Source: Planctomycetota bacterium
GTDB lineage: Bacteria; Planctomycetota; PLA2
Reading direction: 5' to 3'
Length of the DNA stretch: 61,879 nt
Assembly: GCA_036273915.1 (NCBI GenBank)
Contig: DASUGR010000223.1
Coordinates: 1-61,879 of the forward strand
The translations under genes were made by a program, and so were the position numbers. The first letter of the stretch is position 1. Each line of letters starts with the position of its first letter. The notes beneath the pieces are model-generated. The model was not told the DNA's origin. It made no database searches and saw only the letters and a list, made by a program, of their open reading frames with translations. Below are positions 1-8,504 of this stretch, piece after piece.

Positions 1-2
1 TG

Positions 3-1277
3 CAGCTCTACGGGCGGCGCCACGTCGCCACGGCGGGCGCGGTCTGCAACCTGCAGGAGGCGATCCGGCAGGCCGCCGCCGAGGACGGGGAGGCGCGCAT
101 CGCGGCGCGCGGCCGGCGCCTGCAGGTGAACGGCGAGACGATGCGGGGCCGCGAGTGCGGCGCGCTCGCGCTCGGCTACCTCGCGGCGGAGTGGAGCAAG
201 CGGGGCATCGACCAGGTCCGCTTCCAGAAGGAGGCGACGACCGAGGAGCTCGAGGCCTTCGTCGCCGCCTTCCTCGACGTGGACGTGACGCGTCCCGAGC
301 CGGCCGACCGGCTCGCCGCGGCGCTCGTGAACGAGAGCGTCGGCGGGGTCATCGTGGAGAAGCTCGCCGCGGACGAGCGCGAGCCGGTGCTTCTCGAGGA
401 GCGCCGCGAGAGCGTCATGCGCGCCTACCTGCGAGGGCTTCGCGCCTTCAAGGAGGTGCTCCGTTGCGACGGGCTGCGCGACCGCGCCAAGATCCGCAGG
501 GCCCGACGCGCGGTGCAGGGGGTCGTGGACAGCTTCCTCGAGGACGAGTCGGCGGTGCTCGCGCTGGCGCAGATCCGCAGCTTCGACCTGAAGCTCTTCC
601 ACCACAGCCTGAACACGTGCGTCCTGGCGGTCCTGATCGGCCAGCGGCTGCACCTCCCCCGCCGTCAGCTCGCCGACCTCGGCCTCGCGGCGCTCTTCCA
701 CGACGTCGGCAAGACGACGCCGGGAAACGGCACCGCCGCGGAGGAGGAGCGCGCCCACACCGCCCGCGGCGCGCGCATGCTCCTCGAGGAGGGCACGACC
801 CACGAGGGGATGCTCAAGGCGGCGATCGCCGCGTACGAGCACCACGCGGGCGCGGACCGGAGCGGGTTCCCCACGATCCCCCACGATCCCCACCTCGTCT
901 CGCGGATCGTGGCGGTCGCGGACGCCTACGACTCCCTGACCGCGCCGCCGGCCCCCCTGGCCCCCCCCGACGCGCTCGCGAGGATGCTCGCGAGGAAGGA
1001 CCTCGACCCGCTGCTCGTGAAGGTGTTCGTGAACGCGATCGGCATCTACCCGGTCGGCTCGGTCGTCGAGCTCACGACGGGCGAGACCGCGATCGTCGCG
1101 AGCCCGCCCACCCCCGAGGCGTTCGACCGCCCGCGCGTGAAGGTCGTGAAGCGCGGCGCGGGCGCGCTCGAGCCCGACGCGCTCGTGGAGCTCGGCGGCG
1201 ACGGCCCGCGGGTCGCCCGCGCGCTTCCGGCGGGTGCGTTCTTCGGCAGCGTCCTCGAGCACGTGTCGGCGCTGTAG
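3..1277 (+). CDS. HD-GYP-type HD-superfamily phosphohydrolase (c-di-GMP signalling); 5' end runs off the window
   Basis: The frame is open from nt 3, with no stop before the GTG at 126 used by the ORF track. Motifs LFHDVGK (HD codons 699-704) and YEHHAGADRSGFP...RIVAVADAYDSL (840 onward) fit the HD-GYP layout. Confidence 0.8.
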   Translation, partial: QLYGRRHVATAGAVCNLQEAIRQAAAEDGEARIAARGRRLQVNGETMRGRECGALALGYLAAEWSKRGIDQVRFQKEATTEELEAFVAAFLDVDVTRPEPADRLAAALVNESVGGVIVEKLAADEREPVLLEERRESVMRAYLRGLRAFKEVLRCDGLRDRAKIRRARRAVQGVVDSFLEDESAVLALAQIRSFDLKLFHHSLNTCVLAVLIGQRLHLPRRQLADLGLAALFHDVGKTTPGNGTAAEEERAHTARGARMLLEEGTTHEGMLKAAIAAYEHHAGADRSGFPTIPHDPHLVSRIVAVADAYDSLTAPPAPLAPPDALARMLARKDLDPLLVKVFVNAIGIYPVGSVVELTTGETAIVASPPTPEAFDRPRVKVVKRGAGALEPDALVELGGDGPRVARALPAGAFFGSVLEHVSAL

Positions 1278-1338
1278 AGGCGAGGAGGTTCCGGGGGCCG
1301 CTCGGGGAGCGAGCGCGGCGTGTTAGGCTCCCCGTCCC

Positions 1339-2142
1339 ATGCGAAGGAAGCCCCTCATGGCCGCGACCGCCGACCGGTACGACCTCTACGAGCGGACGGT
1401 CCAGGAGCCCGACGCCGAGTGCGATCTCGTCGAGCAGGTGTGGGATGAGCTCAAGGGGAGAAGGCCCCGCACGCTGCGCGAGGACTTCTGCGGCACCGCG
1501 ATCACCGCCATCGCGTGGGTCCGGCGCCGCCCGCGGAACCGCGCCGTGGCGATCGACCTGTCGCCGGACGTGCTGGCGGTCGCGGAGCAGCGGGTCCGGA
1601 AGCGGCTGAAGCCGGCCGCGCGCCGCCGGATCCGGCTCGTCCGCGGCGACGTGCTGAGGGCGAGGACGGCCCCGGTCGACACGGTCGTCGCGAGCAACTT
1701 CAGCTACTTCACGTTCAAGACGCGCCCGCTGCTCCGCCGCTACTTCCGCGCGTGCCACCGGGCGGTCGCGCGGGGCGGGATGCTGCTCCTCGACGCGTAC
1801 GGCGGCAGCGACGCCTGGCGCGAGATCCGCGAGCCCCGGAAGGAGAAGGGGTACACCTACATCTGGGAGCAGCACCACGTGAACCCGGTCACGGCCCACG
1901 TCGTCAACCACATCCACTTCCGGTTCCCCGACGGGTCGAGGCTCAGGCGCGCGTTCACCTACGACTGGCGCCTGTGGACGCTCCCGGAGCTCACGGAGGT
2001 GCTCCACGAGGCCGGGTTCCGGAAGGTCACGGTCTACTGGGAGGGCACGGACCGGAACGGCGAGGGGAACGGCGTCTTCTCGCGGACGGAAAAGGGCGAG
2101 GCCTGCGAGGGCTGGGTGGCCTACCTGGCGGCGGAGAAGTGA
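1339..2142 (+). CDS. class I SAM-dependent methyltransferase (putative)
   Basis: 267-aa ORF. Motif-I-like LREDFCGTAITAIAW and a later LLLDAYGG segment are typical of Rossmann-fold methyltransferases. The stop overlaps the next start (ATGA at 2140-2144). Confidence 0.6.
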   Translation: MRRKPLMAATADRYDLYERTVQEPDAECDLVEQVWDELKGRRPRTLREDFCGTAITAIAWVRRRPRNRAVAIDLSPDVLAVAEQRVRKRLKPAARRRIRLVRGDVLRARTAPVDTVVASNFSYFTFKTRPLLRRYFRACHRAVARGGMLLLDAYGGSDAWREIREPRKEKGYTYIWEQHHVNPVTAHVVNHIHFRFPDGSRLRRAFTYDWRLWTLPELTEVLHEAGFRKVTVYWEGTDRNGEGNGVFSRTEKGEACEGWVAYLAAEK

Positions 2143-2573
2143 TGCTCGAGCGTTTCGCGGGCACGTGGCGCGCGAGGGAGACGCTCCACCCGTCGCCCTG
2201 GAACGCCGAGGGCGGGCCCGCGGAGGCGACGCTCGTCGCGCGCCTCGCGCTCGGCGGCGGCGCGCTGCTCATGGAGTACCGGCGCGGCGACTACGAGGGC
2301 ATCGGCGTGATGCGCTCCGACCCGCGCGGGGCCGAGGTGATGCTCTGGTGGTTCGACGCGCTCGGGCCCCCCGGGCCGGCGAAGGGAGGGGTCCGAGGGG
2401 AGGGGCTCGTGCTCGAGCGGGAGAGCCCGGTCGGCCGCGCGCGCTACACGTACGCGTTCGTGCGCGACGGCGAGTTCACGTTCCGGATCGAGCACTCGCG
2501 CGACGGGAAGGCGTGGCAGGCCTATCTCGACGCGCGGTACGTGCGCACGGCCCCCGGAGCCCCCCCGCGTTGA
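2142..2573 (+). CDS. small conserved hypothetical protein (DUF1579-like by eye)
   Basis: In-frame ATG at 2142 inside track ORF 1515..2573, translationally coupled to the upstream stop. The sequence MLERFAGTWRARETLHPSPW...FTFRIEHSRDGKAWQAY looks like a small beta-rich protein. Confidence 0.5.
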   Translation: MLERFAGTWRARETLHPSPWNAEGGPAEATLVARLALGGGALLMEYRRGDYEGIGVMRSDPRGAEVMLWWFDALGPPGPAKGGVRGEGLVLERESPVGRARYTYAFVRDGEFTFRIEHSRDGKAWQAYLDARYVRTAPGAPPR

Positions 2574-2580
2574 GGCAAGA

Positions 2581-2605
2581 AGGGGGCAGGCACACCCTGC
2601 CCCCT
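2581..2605. terminator. perfect GC hairpin between convergent genes (likely bidirectional terminator)
   Basis: agggggcagg (2581-2590), loop cacac, cctgccccct (2596-2605): a 10-bp perfect stem, 8 nt after the stop at 2573 and upstream of the sppA stop at 2657. There is no T-tract. Confidence 0.55.
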
Positions 2606-2656
2606 CTCGGCCAGGAGCCGGTCCCGACATAGCTCCGTGGCCTGCTGTGATTTCGA

Positions 2657-4510
2657 TCAGCGGCCCGCGAACGGGTTCGCGAAGCCGGAAAGCTCGGGGT
2701 ACGCGGCGCACACGCGGTCGTGCGCGACGGCGCGGATCGCGCGGATCTCGGCGAGGACGCGCCGGAGCTCCGGGATGCGGCCGAACGCCGCGACCAGGTC
2801 GGTCGAGGCCGCGGTCTCGCCGTCGAACATCTCCTCGAGGAACTCGAGCGGCCCCTTGCGCTTCGGGTACTCGACCACGTGGTAGTCCGTGCCACGGGCG
2901 CCCTTGAGGCCGCCCTTCTCGCAGGCGAGCGCCACCGCGTCCTCGAGGCCGCCGAGCCGGTCGACGAGCCCCTTGGCCAGCGCGTCGCGGCCCGTCCAGA
3001 CGCGTCCGCGCGCGATGGGCTCGATGTCGCTCGCCGCCTTGCCGCGCCCCGCCGCGACCTTGCCGACGAACTGGTCGTAGATCTCGCTCATGTGCGCGCG
3101 GATCATCGCCTTGGCGTCGTCGTCGAGCGCCTTCGAGGTGAGCAGCGCCGCCGCGCGCTTGCCGCGCGTGAGCCGCTCCGGCCGGATGCCGACCCACGGC
3201 CAGAACGCGTCGCCGTTCATGACCATGCCGACGACGCCGATGGAGCCCGTGATCGTCTGCGGCTCGGCGAAGATCGTCTGGCTGTTGCAGGAGATGTAGT
3301 AGCCGCCGCTCGCGGCGACGTCGCCCATCGAGGCGATGACCGGCTTCTCGGCCTTCGCGCGCTCGATCGCGCGCCAGATCATGTCCGACGCGAGCGCCGA
3401 GCCGCCGGGGCTGTTGACGCGGAGCACGATCGCCTTCACGTCGGCGTTCTTGCGCGCCGTCTCGATGGCGCCGACGATCGTCTCGGACCCCATCGCCGCG
3501 ATGTTGCCCGACCAGTCGTACTGGCTCTTGCCCGAGACGATCGCCCCCGAGCAGTAGATGACCGCGAGCTTCGGGCCCGCGGGCTCGCTCGCCTTCGCGA
3601 AGAGCGAGGTCATCATGTTGGAGAAGAGCGTGAAGGGGTTCCCGTCGAGTTTGAGCTCCTTCTTCTCCAGCCGGCTCTTCCTCCGCATCAGCGTCTTGCC
3701 CGGGAAGAACGACTTGAGGCCGTCCTTGAACTGGTCCTCGTATTCGACGCGGTCGATGAGCCCGAGCGACTTGGCGCGCGTCGCCGTGAGGATCCCCTCG
3801 TCGACGGCCGCGCGCACCGCGTCCTCGGAGAGGCCGCGCCCCTCCGCGATCGCCTTGACCATGCTCCCGTAGATCTCGTCGAGCAGCGGGTCGAGCGTCT
3901 CGCGCAGCTCCTTCGACATCGAGTCGCGGACGAGGCTCTCGCCGGCGGACTTGTACTCGCCGATGTGGATCACGTCGAAGCTCAGGTGGAGCTTGCTCAG
4001 AAGCTCCTTCATGTAGAGGTTCTCGATCGCCACCCCGGGGATCGCGATGCTGCCCGACTCGGGCACCGAGATGCGGTCCGCGACGGACGCGAGCACCATG
4101 TCGGGCGTGCCCAGGTCCTCCTTGTAGACGAAGACCTTCTTGCCCGCCTGGCGGACGGCCTTCAGCGCGTCGCGGATCTCGAGGAGCCGGGCCCAGCCGA
4201 TGCCGTAGTCCCCGAGCTTGAGCAGCACGGCATCCACGTCGGGATCGGCGGCGATCTCACGCAGGTAGCCGAGGAACGCGGACTGGTTGAGCCGCGGGGC
4301 GCCGAAGGGCATCTGCGGGAAGGGGTCCTCGCTCTCCTCGAGCCGGACCTTCACCTCCTCGATCCAGGCCTTCTGCTCCTTCGGGGCCTGCTCCTTCTCC
4401 TTGCCGTCGTGCTCCTTCGGGGACTCCTTGGGCGCCTCCTTCGGGACGTCCTGCGCCAGCGCGGGCAGGGCAAGGCAGAAGAGCGCAAGGGCGGGTAGCA
4501 ATCGCTTCAT
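2657..4510 (-). CDS. sppA: signal peptide peptidase SppA, 67K type (peptidase S49)
   Basis: Real start is MKRLLPALALFCLALPALA (ATG at 4510) inside the artefactual 1669-aa ORF. It has two S49 halves with SPGGSALASD and AASGGYY motifs, and is 617 aa long, as expected for 67K SppA. Confidence 0.9.
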   Translation of the reverse strand: MKRLLPALALFCLALPALAQDVPKEAPKESPKEHDGKEKEQAPKEQKAWIEEVKVRLEESEDPFPQMPFGAPRLNQSAFLGYLREIAADPDVDAVLLKLGDYGIGWARLLEIRDALKAVRQAGKKVFVYKEDLGTPDMVLASVADRISVPESGSIAIPGVAIENLYMKELLSKLHLSFDVIHIGEYKSAGESLVRDSMSKELRETLDPLLDEIYGSMVKAIAEGRGLSEDAVRAAVDEGILTATRAKSLGLIDRVEYEDQFKDGLKSFFPGKTLMRRKSRLEKKELKLDGNPFTLFSNMMTSLFAKASEPAGPKLAVIYCSGAIVSGKSQYDWSGNIAAMGSETIVGAIETARKNADVKAIVLRVNSPGGSALASDMIWRAIERAKAEKPVIASMGDVAASGGYYISCNSQTIFAEPQTITGSIGVVGMVMNGDAFWPWVGIRPERLTRGKRAAALLTSKALDDDAKAMIRAHMSEIYDQFVGKVAAGRGKAASDIEPIARGRVWTGRDALAKGLVDRLGGLEDAVALACEKGGLKGARGTDYHVVEYPKRKGPLEFLEEMFDGETAASTDLVAAFGRIPELRRVLAEIRAIRAVAHDRVCAAYPELSGFANPFAGR

Positions 4511-4672
4511 CGTTCTGGAACCTCCGCGACCAAGTCTCCCATCACACATCCCGTGCCGGGAAAAGTCGCGATCAAGGGGCGCCCTCCGGCGCCAACGGTG
4601 TGCGGAATCCGCACGGTGCGCCGGTTTCCCCCGTCGCTGGCGGGGCGGCGCGGGGGCTGGTAGCTTGCGGCC

Positions 4673-5836
4673 ATGCCGTACGAGCCGCCCGACTTCTACG
4701 GGATCGACGAGCTCCTGACCGAGGACGAGCGGATGATCCGGGATGCCGTCCGCGGGTGGGTCGAGGACCGCGTGCTCCCGATCATCTCGGAGCACTACAT
4801 GGCGGGGACCTTCCCGACGGAGCTGATCCCGGAGATGGCCGAGCTCGGGCTCCTGGGCGCGGGGATCGACGGGTACGGCTGCCCCGGCCTCGGCGCGGTC
4901 GCCTACGGCCTCATCCTCCAGGAGCTCGAGCGCGGCGACAGCGGGATCCGGTCCTTCGCCTCGGTCCAGGGGTCGCTCGTGATGTGGCCGATCCGCCAGT
5001 ACGGGTCCGAGGAGCAGCGGAAGCGGTGGCTCCCGGCGCTGCACAAGGGCGAGGCGATCGGCTGCTTCGGCCTCACGGAGCCCGACCACGGCTCCGACCC
5101 GGGCGGCATGGAGACGCGCGCGGTGAAGGAGGCCGACCGCTACGTGCTGAACGGCGCGAAGATGTGGATCACGAACGGCTCGATGGCCGACGTGGCGATC
5201 GTCTGGGCGAAACTCGACGGCGTGGTGCGCGGGTTCCTCGTCGAGAAGGGGACGCCGGGTTTCCTCCAGAGGTCGATGGGGAAGAAATTCTCGCTCCGCG
5301 CGTCCGACACGTCGGAGCTCGTGCTGCAGGACGTCGCGATTCCGCTCGACAATCTCATGCCGGGTGTGGAGGGGCTCCGGGGACCGCTCAACTGCCTGAC
5401 GCAGGCGCGTTCCGGGATCGCCTGGGGCGTGTGCGGGGCCGCGATGGCCTGCTACGACGAGGCGCGCCGCTACGCGCTGCAGCGCGTGCAGTTCGGCAAG
5501 CCGATCGGCCACTTTCAGATCGTGCAGGGCAAGCTCGTCGAGGCGCTGGCCGAGATCACGAAGATGCAGCTCCTGAACCTCCGGATGGGCCGCATCAAGG
5601 AGACGGGCAAGGTCACGCCGCAGCAGGTGTCGATGGCGAAGCGGAACGGCTGCCACTTTGCGCTCGAGATCGCGCGGACGTGCCGCTCGATCCTCGGCGC
5701 GAACGGGATCACGGCCGAGTACCAGGTGATGCGCCACATGTGCAACCTGGAGTCGGTGATCACGTACGAGGGCACGCACGACATCCACACGCTGATCCTC
5801 GGCCACGCGATCACCGGCCTCGACGCCTTCCGGTAA
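4673..5836 (+). CDS. gcdH: glutaryl-CoA dehydrogenase-like acyl-CoA dehydrogenase
   Basis: 387 aa. Contains GLTEPDHGSDPGGMETRA, WITNG and the C-terminal YEGTHDIHTLILGHAITG typical of the GCDH subgroup of acyl-CoA dehydrogenases. Confidence 0.85.
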   Translation: MPYEPPDFYGIDELLTEDERMIRDAVRGWVEDRVLPIISEHYMAGTFPTELIPEMAELGLLGAGIDGYGCPGLGAVAYGLILQELERGDSGIRSFASVQGSLVMWPIRQYGSEEQRKRWLPALHKGEAIGCFGLTEPDHGSDPGGMETRAVKEADRYVLNGAKMWITNGSMADVAIVWAKLDGVVRGFLVEKGTPGFLQRSMGKKFSLRASDTSELVLQDVAIPLDNLMPGVEGLRGPLNCLTQARSGIAWGVCGAAMACYDEARRYALQRVQFGKPIGHFQIVQGKLVEALAEITKMQLLNLRMGRIKETGKVTPQQVSMAKRNGCHFALEIARTCRSILGANGITAEYQVMRHMCNLESVITYEGTHDIHTLILGHAITGLDAFR

Positions 5837-5848
5837 GCGTACGTACCG

Positions 5849-5876
5849 AGTACGCACGTCCAAGTACGCACGTCCA
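5849..5876. repeat. perfect 14-bp tandem direct repeat (agtacgcacgtcca x2)
   Basis: Read directly: 5849-5862 and 5863-5876 are identical. It lies 13 nt after the gcdH stop. Confidence 0.7.
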
Positions 5877-5878
5877 TC

Positions 5879-5911
5879 GCCGTAACTTATGTTCTGACAT
5901 ATGGTTACGGC
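5879..5911. promoter_or_regulatory. inverted repeat in a locally AT-rich patch (operator or terminator candidate)
   Basis: gccgtaac (5879-5886) and gttacggc (5904-5911) form 8-bp arms around ttatgttctgacatatg, which contains an inner atgt/acat pair. It lies between gcdH and the 6008 gene. Confidence 0.35.
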
Positions 5912-6007
5912 CGTGACATGCGGAGTTTGGGTCCGCAGGTGTCTCCCTCCCCCGGCCCCTCCCACTCCTCTTCCTCGCCGGATCTCCGATAAGGAACCGG
6001 GGGAGAA

Positions 6008-7639
6008 TTGCCGCAACTCGGCATCTACAGCGAGCGCGAGGTCAAGGAGGCGAAGGACCTCGTCAAGGAGCTCATCCGCGTCGTCCGCGCCTGCCGGCTC
6101 TACGCGCAGGACCACCCTGCGCTCAAGGAGATGGCGGACACGCTGCGCCGGCGCTGGGAGGAGGCCACCGCCGCGGGCCCCATCGCGCTCCGCTTCACCG
6201 AGCGGAAGGTCCTCCTCGACGAGGAGCCGGTCCACCAGGCCCCCGGCAACACGCACGAGGTGATCCCGTCCGCACTCTACGAGCACGGGGTCGTCGGCTT
6301 CGTGCTCCAGCCCGGGCTCGAGCCGGAGGAGACGCGCCGCCTCGTCGCCGCGCTCTCCGCGGACCCGGGCGGGACCGCCGACTACCCGTCGCTCCTGTGG
6401 GAGGCCGACCTCCCCCACGTCCAGGTCCTCGTGGACGTGGATGACGCCGACGAGGATCCGATCACGACGCCCGCCGACTTCGCGCAGCAGGTGACGAAGC
6501 TCGCCGACGGCACCGACGTGCTCCCGGGCAGCGACTACACGGACGCGCGCGCGGCCCCCGCGGCCCCCGTACCCCCTGCGCATCTCCCCCTCGATGCCGA
6601 GGAGCAGGCGAGGCTTCAGGAGCTCGCCCCCAGCGAGCGCTACGTCGAGACGGTCCGGCACGCGCTCCGGGTCGTGCATGCCATGGCTTCCGAGCCTGCC
6701 GCCCCCGACGAGGCGGGCCAGATCGAGAAGATCCTCGGCGACCTCCTCGGCGCGGTTCTCGCCTCGGGCGACCTGCCCGCGGCCACCGAGGCCGCGGCGC
6801 GCGCGCGCGCGCTGGCGGGCTCGTCCACGCCGCTCGAGATGCGCGCGGGCGAGCTGACGCTCTCGATCCTCGTCGCCCCCGCCAACCTCCGGGCGTTCCT
6901 CCGCACGCTCGACGACCACCAGCAGGTCGACGCGCGCGCGCTCGGCGGCCTGCTGGTGGAGCTCGGCCGCCCCTCGGCCCCCACCGTCGCCGCGTGGCTC
7001 CTCGAGACGAAGTTTCCCGCCGCCGTGCAGGACGCGATGCGCGTCTACCGCGAGGCGGCGGCGGAGGCGCTCGTCCCCCTCTACGCGAGCGGCGGATCGA
7101 CGCGCGAGCGGGCGGGCGGCGCGCTGCTCGAGCTCGGCACGGACGCCGCCTTGACGACGCTCGCGGGCGGCTTCCGGGAGCTCACGGAGGAGACGCGGCT
7201 TCGCCTCCTCCAGCATGCCGGGCGCAGCCGCGACGCGGGGCTCCGGCGCGTGCTCCTCGACGCGCTCGACGACCCCTCCGAGGGAGTGCGGCGCGCGGCG
7301 ATCGGGGCGATCAAGCGCCAGGATGCGCCGCGGCTCGCGGCCGTGGCGAAGGATCTTCTCGACAGGGGCGTGCTCGAGACGCGATATCGCGCGGAGATGG
7401 AGGACTTCTTCGAGATGCTCTCGCGGGCGGGCGACGGCTCCGTGGCGCGCCTCCTCGCCGACCACTGCATGCCGCGCGGCTTCCGCCTCGGGTTCCTGCC
7501 GCTCACGCCCGTGCAGCAGCTCTCGGCGCGCGCGCTGCGGCGCATGCGGGCGCCCGACGCGCGGCTGATCGTCGAGGAGCTGCGGAACCGGGCGCCGCGC
7601 GCCGTGCGCGAGATCCTCGACGACCCGCTCGGGGACTAG
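6008..7639 (+). CDS. hypothetical signalling/scaffold protein: N-terminal domain resembling that of the HD-GYP protein, acidic linker, C-terminal HEAT-like repeats
   Basis: TTG start at 6008 preceded by gggggagaa. CRLYAQDHPALKEM...GVVGFVLQPGLEPEETRRLVAAL parallels LQLYGRRHVATAG...GIDQVRFQKEATTEELEAFVAAF in the first gene. The C-terminal DPSEGVRRAAIGAIKRQ is HEAT-like. Confidence 0.65.
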   Translation: MPQLGIYSEREVKEAKDLVKELIRVVRACRLYAQDHPALKEMADTLRRRWEEATAAGPIALRFTERKVLLDEEPVHQAPGNTHEVIPSALYEHGVVGFVLQPGLEPEETRRLVAALSADPGGTADYPSLLWEADLPHVQVLVDVDDADEDPITTPADFAQQVTKLADGTDVLPGSDYTDARAAPAAPVPPAHLPLDAEEQARLQELAPSERYVETVRHALRVVHAMASEPAAPDEAGQIEKILGDLLGAVLASGDLPAATEAAARARALAGSSTPLEMRAGELTLSILVAPANLRAFLRTLDDHQQVDARALGGLLVELGRPSAPTVAAWLLETKFPAAVQDAMRVYREAAAEALVPLYASGGSTRERAGGALLELGTDAALTTLAGGFRELTEETRLRLLQHAGRSRDAGLRRVLLDALDDPSEGVRRAAIGAIKRQDAPRLAAVAKDLLDRGVLETRYRAEMEDFFEMLSRAGDGSVARLLADHCMPRGFRLGFLPLTPVQQLSARALRRMRAPDARLIVEELRNRAPRAVREILDDPLGD

Positions 7640-7640
7640 G

Positions 7641-8372
7641 ATGGGCCGGCGGCGCTCCCGAAACAAACGCGCGAGGGAGATCCGTCCCCGCCTGCTCGCC
7701 GCCTCCGGCGCGCAGATCGAGCTCTCCCGGGGCCGCGACTACGTTCTCGGGCGCGGCCGCGACTGCGACATCGTGATCGACGATCTCCTCAGCTCGCGTC
7801 ACCACGCGCGCCTCTCCGTCGCCGGGGACATCGCGATCACGGATCTCAAGAGCCGCAACGGAACCTTCGTGGACGAGGCGCGCATCGAGGAGGAGACGTG
7901 CCTCGCCCACGGGAGCCGGATCCGGGTCGGCGCGTGCGTCTACCTGCTCAGCACGGCCGCGGGACCGGCCGCCGTCGCCGACACGGGCACGGTCGCGCTC
8001 GAGCAGATGACGCTCGGCCCCGGCATCGACGAGGGCGTCCTCCGCTCGCTGCGCGACGAGCAGGCGCACGGCGGCCTCGCCGGCCAGCTCGACGCCTTCG
8101 GCCTCGTGGACATCCTCCAGGGGCTCCTGCGGGCGGGCCATGCCGGCACGCTGCACGTGGCGCTGCCGTCGGGCCACGCGCGCGTGGAGGTGCGGCGAGG
8201 CGACGTGCACGACGCCTCGTGCGGGGAGGCGCGCGGCCTCGACGCCCTGGTCGCGCTCGCCCGCGAGCGGGTGGGCGTCTTCTGGCTCGCCGAGACCGAG
8301 GACGCGTGCGAGCGGACGATCGACGAGCCGAGCGGGCGCCTGCTCTACGTCCTCTGCCGGTCGCTCGAGTAG
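7641..8372 (+). CDS. FHA domain protein with C-terminal DUF4388 (PATAN-like) domain
   Basis: Starts 1 nt after the previous stop. FHA core: YVLGRGRDCDIVIDDLLSSRHHARLS...LKSRNGTFVDE...GSRIRVG. Then GQLDAFGLVDILQGLLRAGHAGTLHV, typical of DUF4388. Confidence 0.8.
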   Translation: MGRRRSRNKRAREIRPRLLAASGAQIELSRGRDYVLGRGRDCDIVIDDLLSSRHHARLSVAGDIAITDLKSRNGTFVDEARIEEETCLAHGSRIRVGACVYLLSTAAGPAAVADTGTVALEQMTLGPGIDEGVLRSLRDEQAHGGLAGQLDAFGLVDILQGLLRAGHAGTLHVALPSGHARVEVRRGDVHDASCGEARGLDALVALARERVGVFWLAETEDACERTIDEPSGRLLYVLCRSLE

Positions 8373-8385
8373 GCCTTCCCGCGAA

Positions 8386-8412
8386 GGGAGGGGAGGGGGC
8401 GCGGGGGAGGGG
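8386..8412 (+). other. canonical G-quadruplex-type motif (five G3-5 tracts with 1-3 nt loops)
   Basis: gggaggggagggggcgcgggggagggg: G tracts at 8386-88, 8390-93, 8395-99, 8403-07 and 8409-12. It begins 14 nt after the FHA gene stop. Confidence 0.5.
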
Positions 8413-8417
8413 CCCGA

Positions 8418-8437
8418 GTGCGCCAGCGCTGGCGCAC
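8418..8437. terminator. 20-nt perfect palindrome (hairpin)
   Basis: gtgcgccagcgctggcgcac is self-complementary. It lies in the convergent intergenic region 8373-8504. Confidence 0.4.
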
Positions 8438-8453
8438 CCGGCCGCCGCAAACA

Positions 8454-8483
8454 CAGCGCGCCCGCGGACTTGCGGGCGCGCTG
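8454..8483. terminator. 12-bp perfect stem hairpin (likely terminator for the convergent genes)
   Basis: cagcgcgcccgc (8454-8465), loop ggactt, gcgggcgcgctg (8472-8483). Confidence 0.55.
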
Positions 8484-8504
8484 CAGGTCAACCGTTGGCC
8501 TGGA

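Noticed and set aside
871-890. Perfect 10-bp tandem repeat ccacgatccc x2 inside the HD-GYP gene, considered as a frameshifting duplication
   Set aside because: The reading frame across it (PTIPHDPH) continues into the conserved RIVAVADAYDSL block with normal spacing from the GFP motif, so the gene is not disrupted.
2657-7666. 1669-aa minus-strand ORF, the longest in the track
   Set aside because: Only its last 617 codons (2657-4510, SppA, with its own signal peptide) look like protein. The upstream part is Arg/Pro/Glu-rich antisense read-through of the well-supported plus-strand gcdH and 6008 genes, typical of high-GC DNA.
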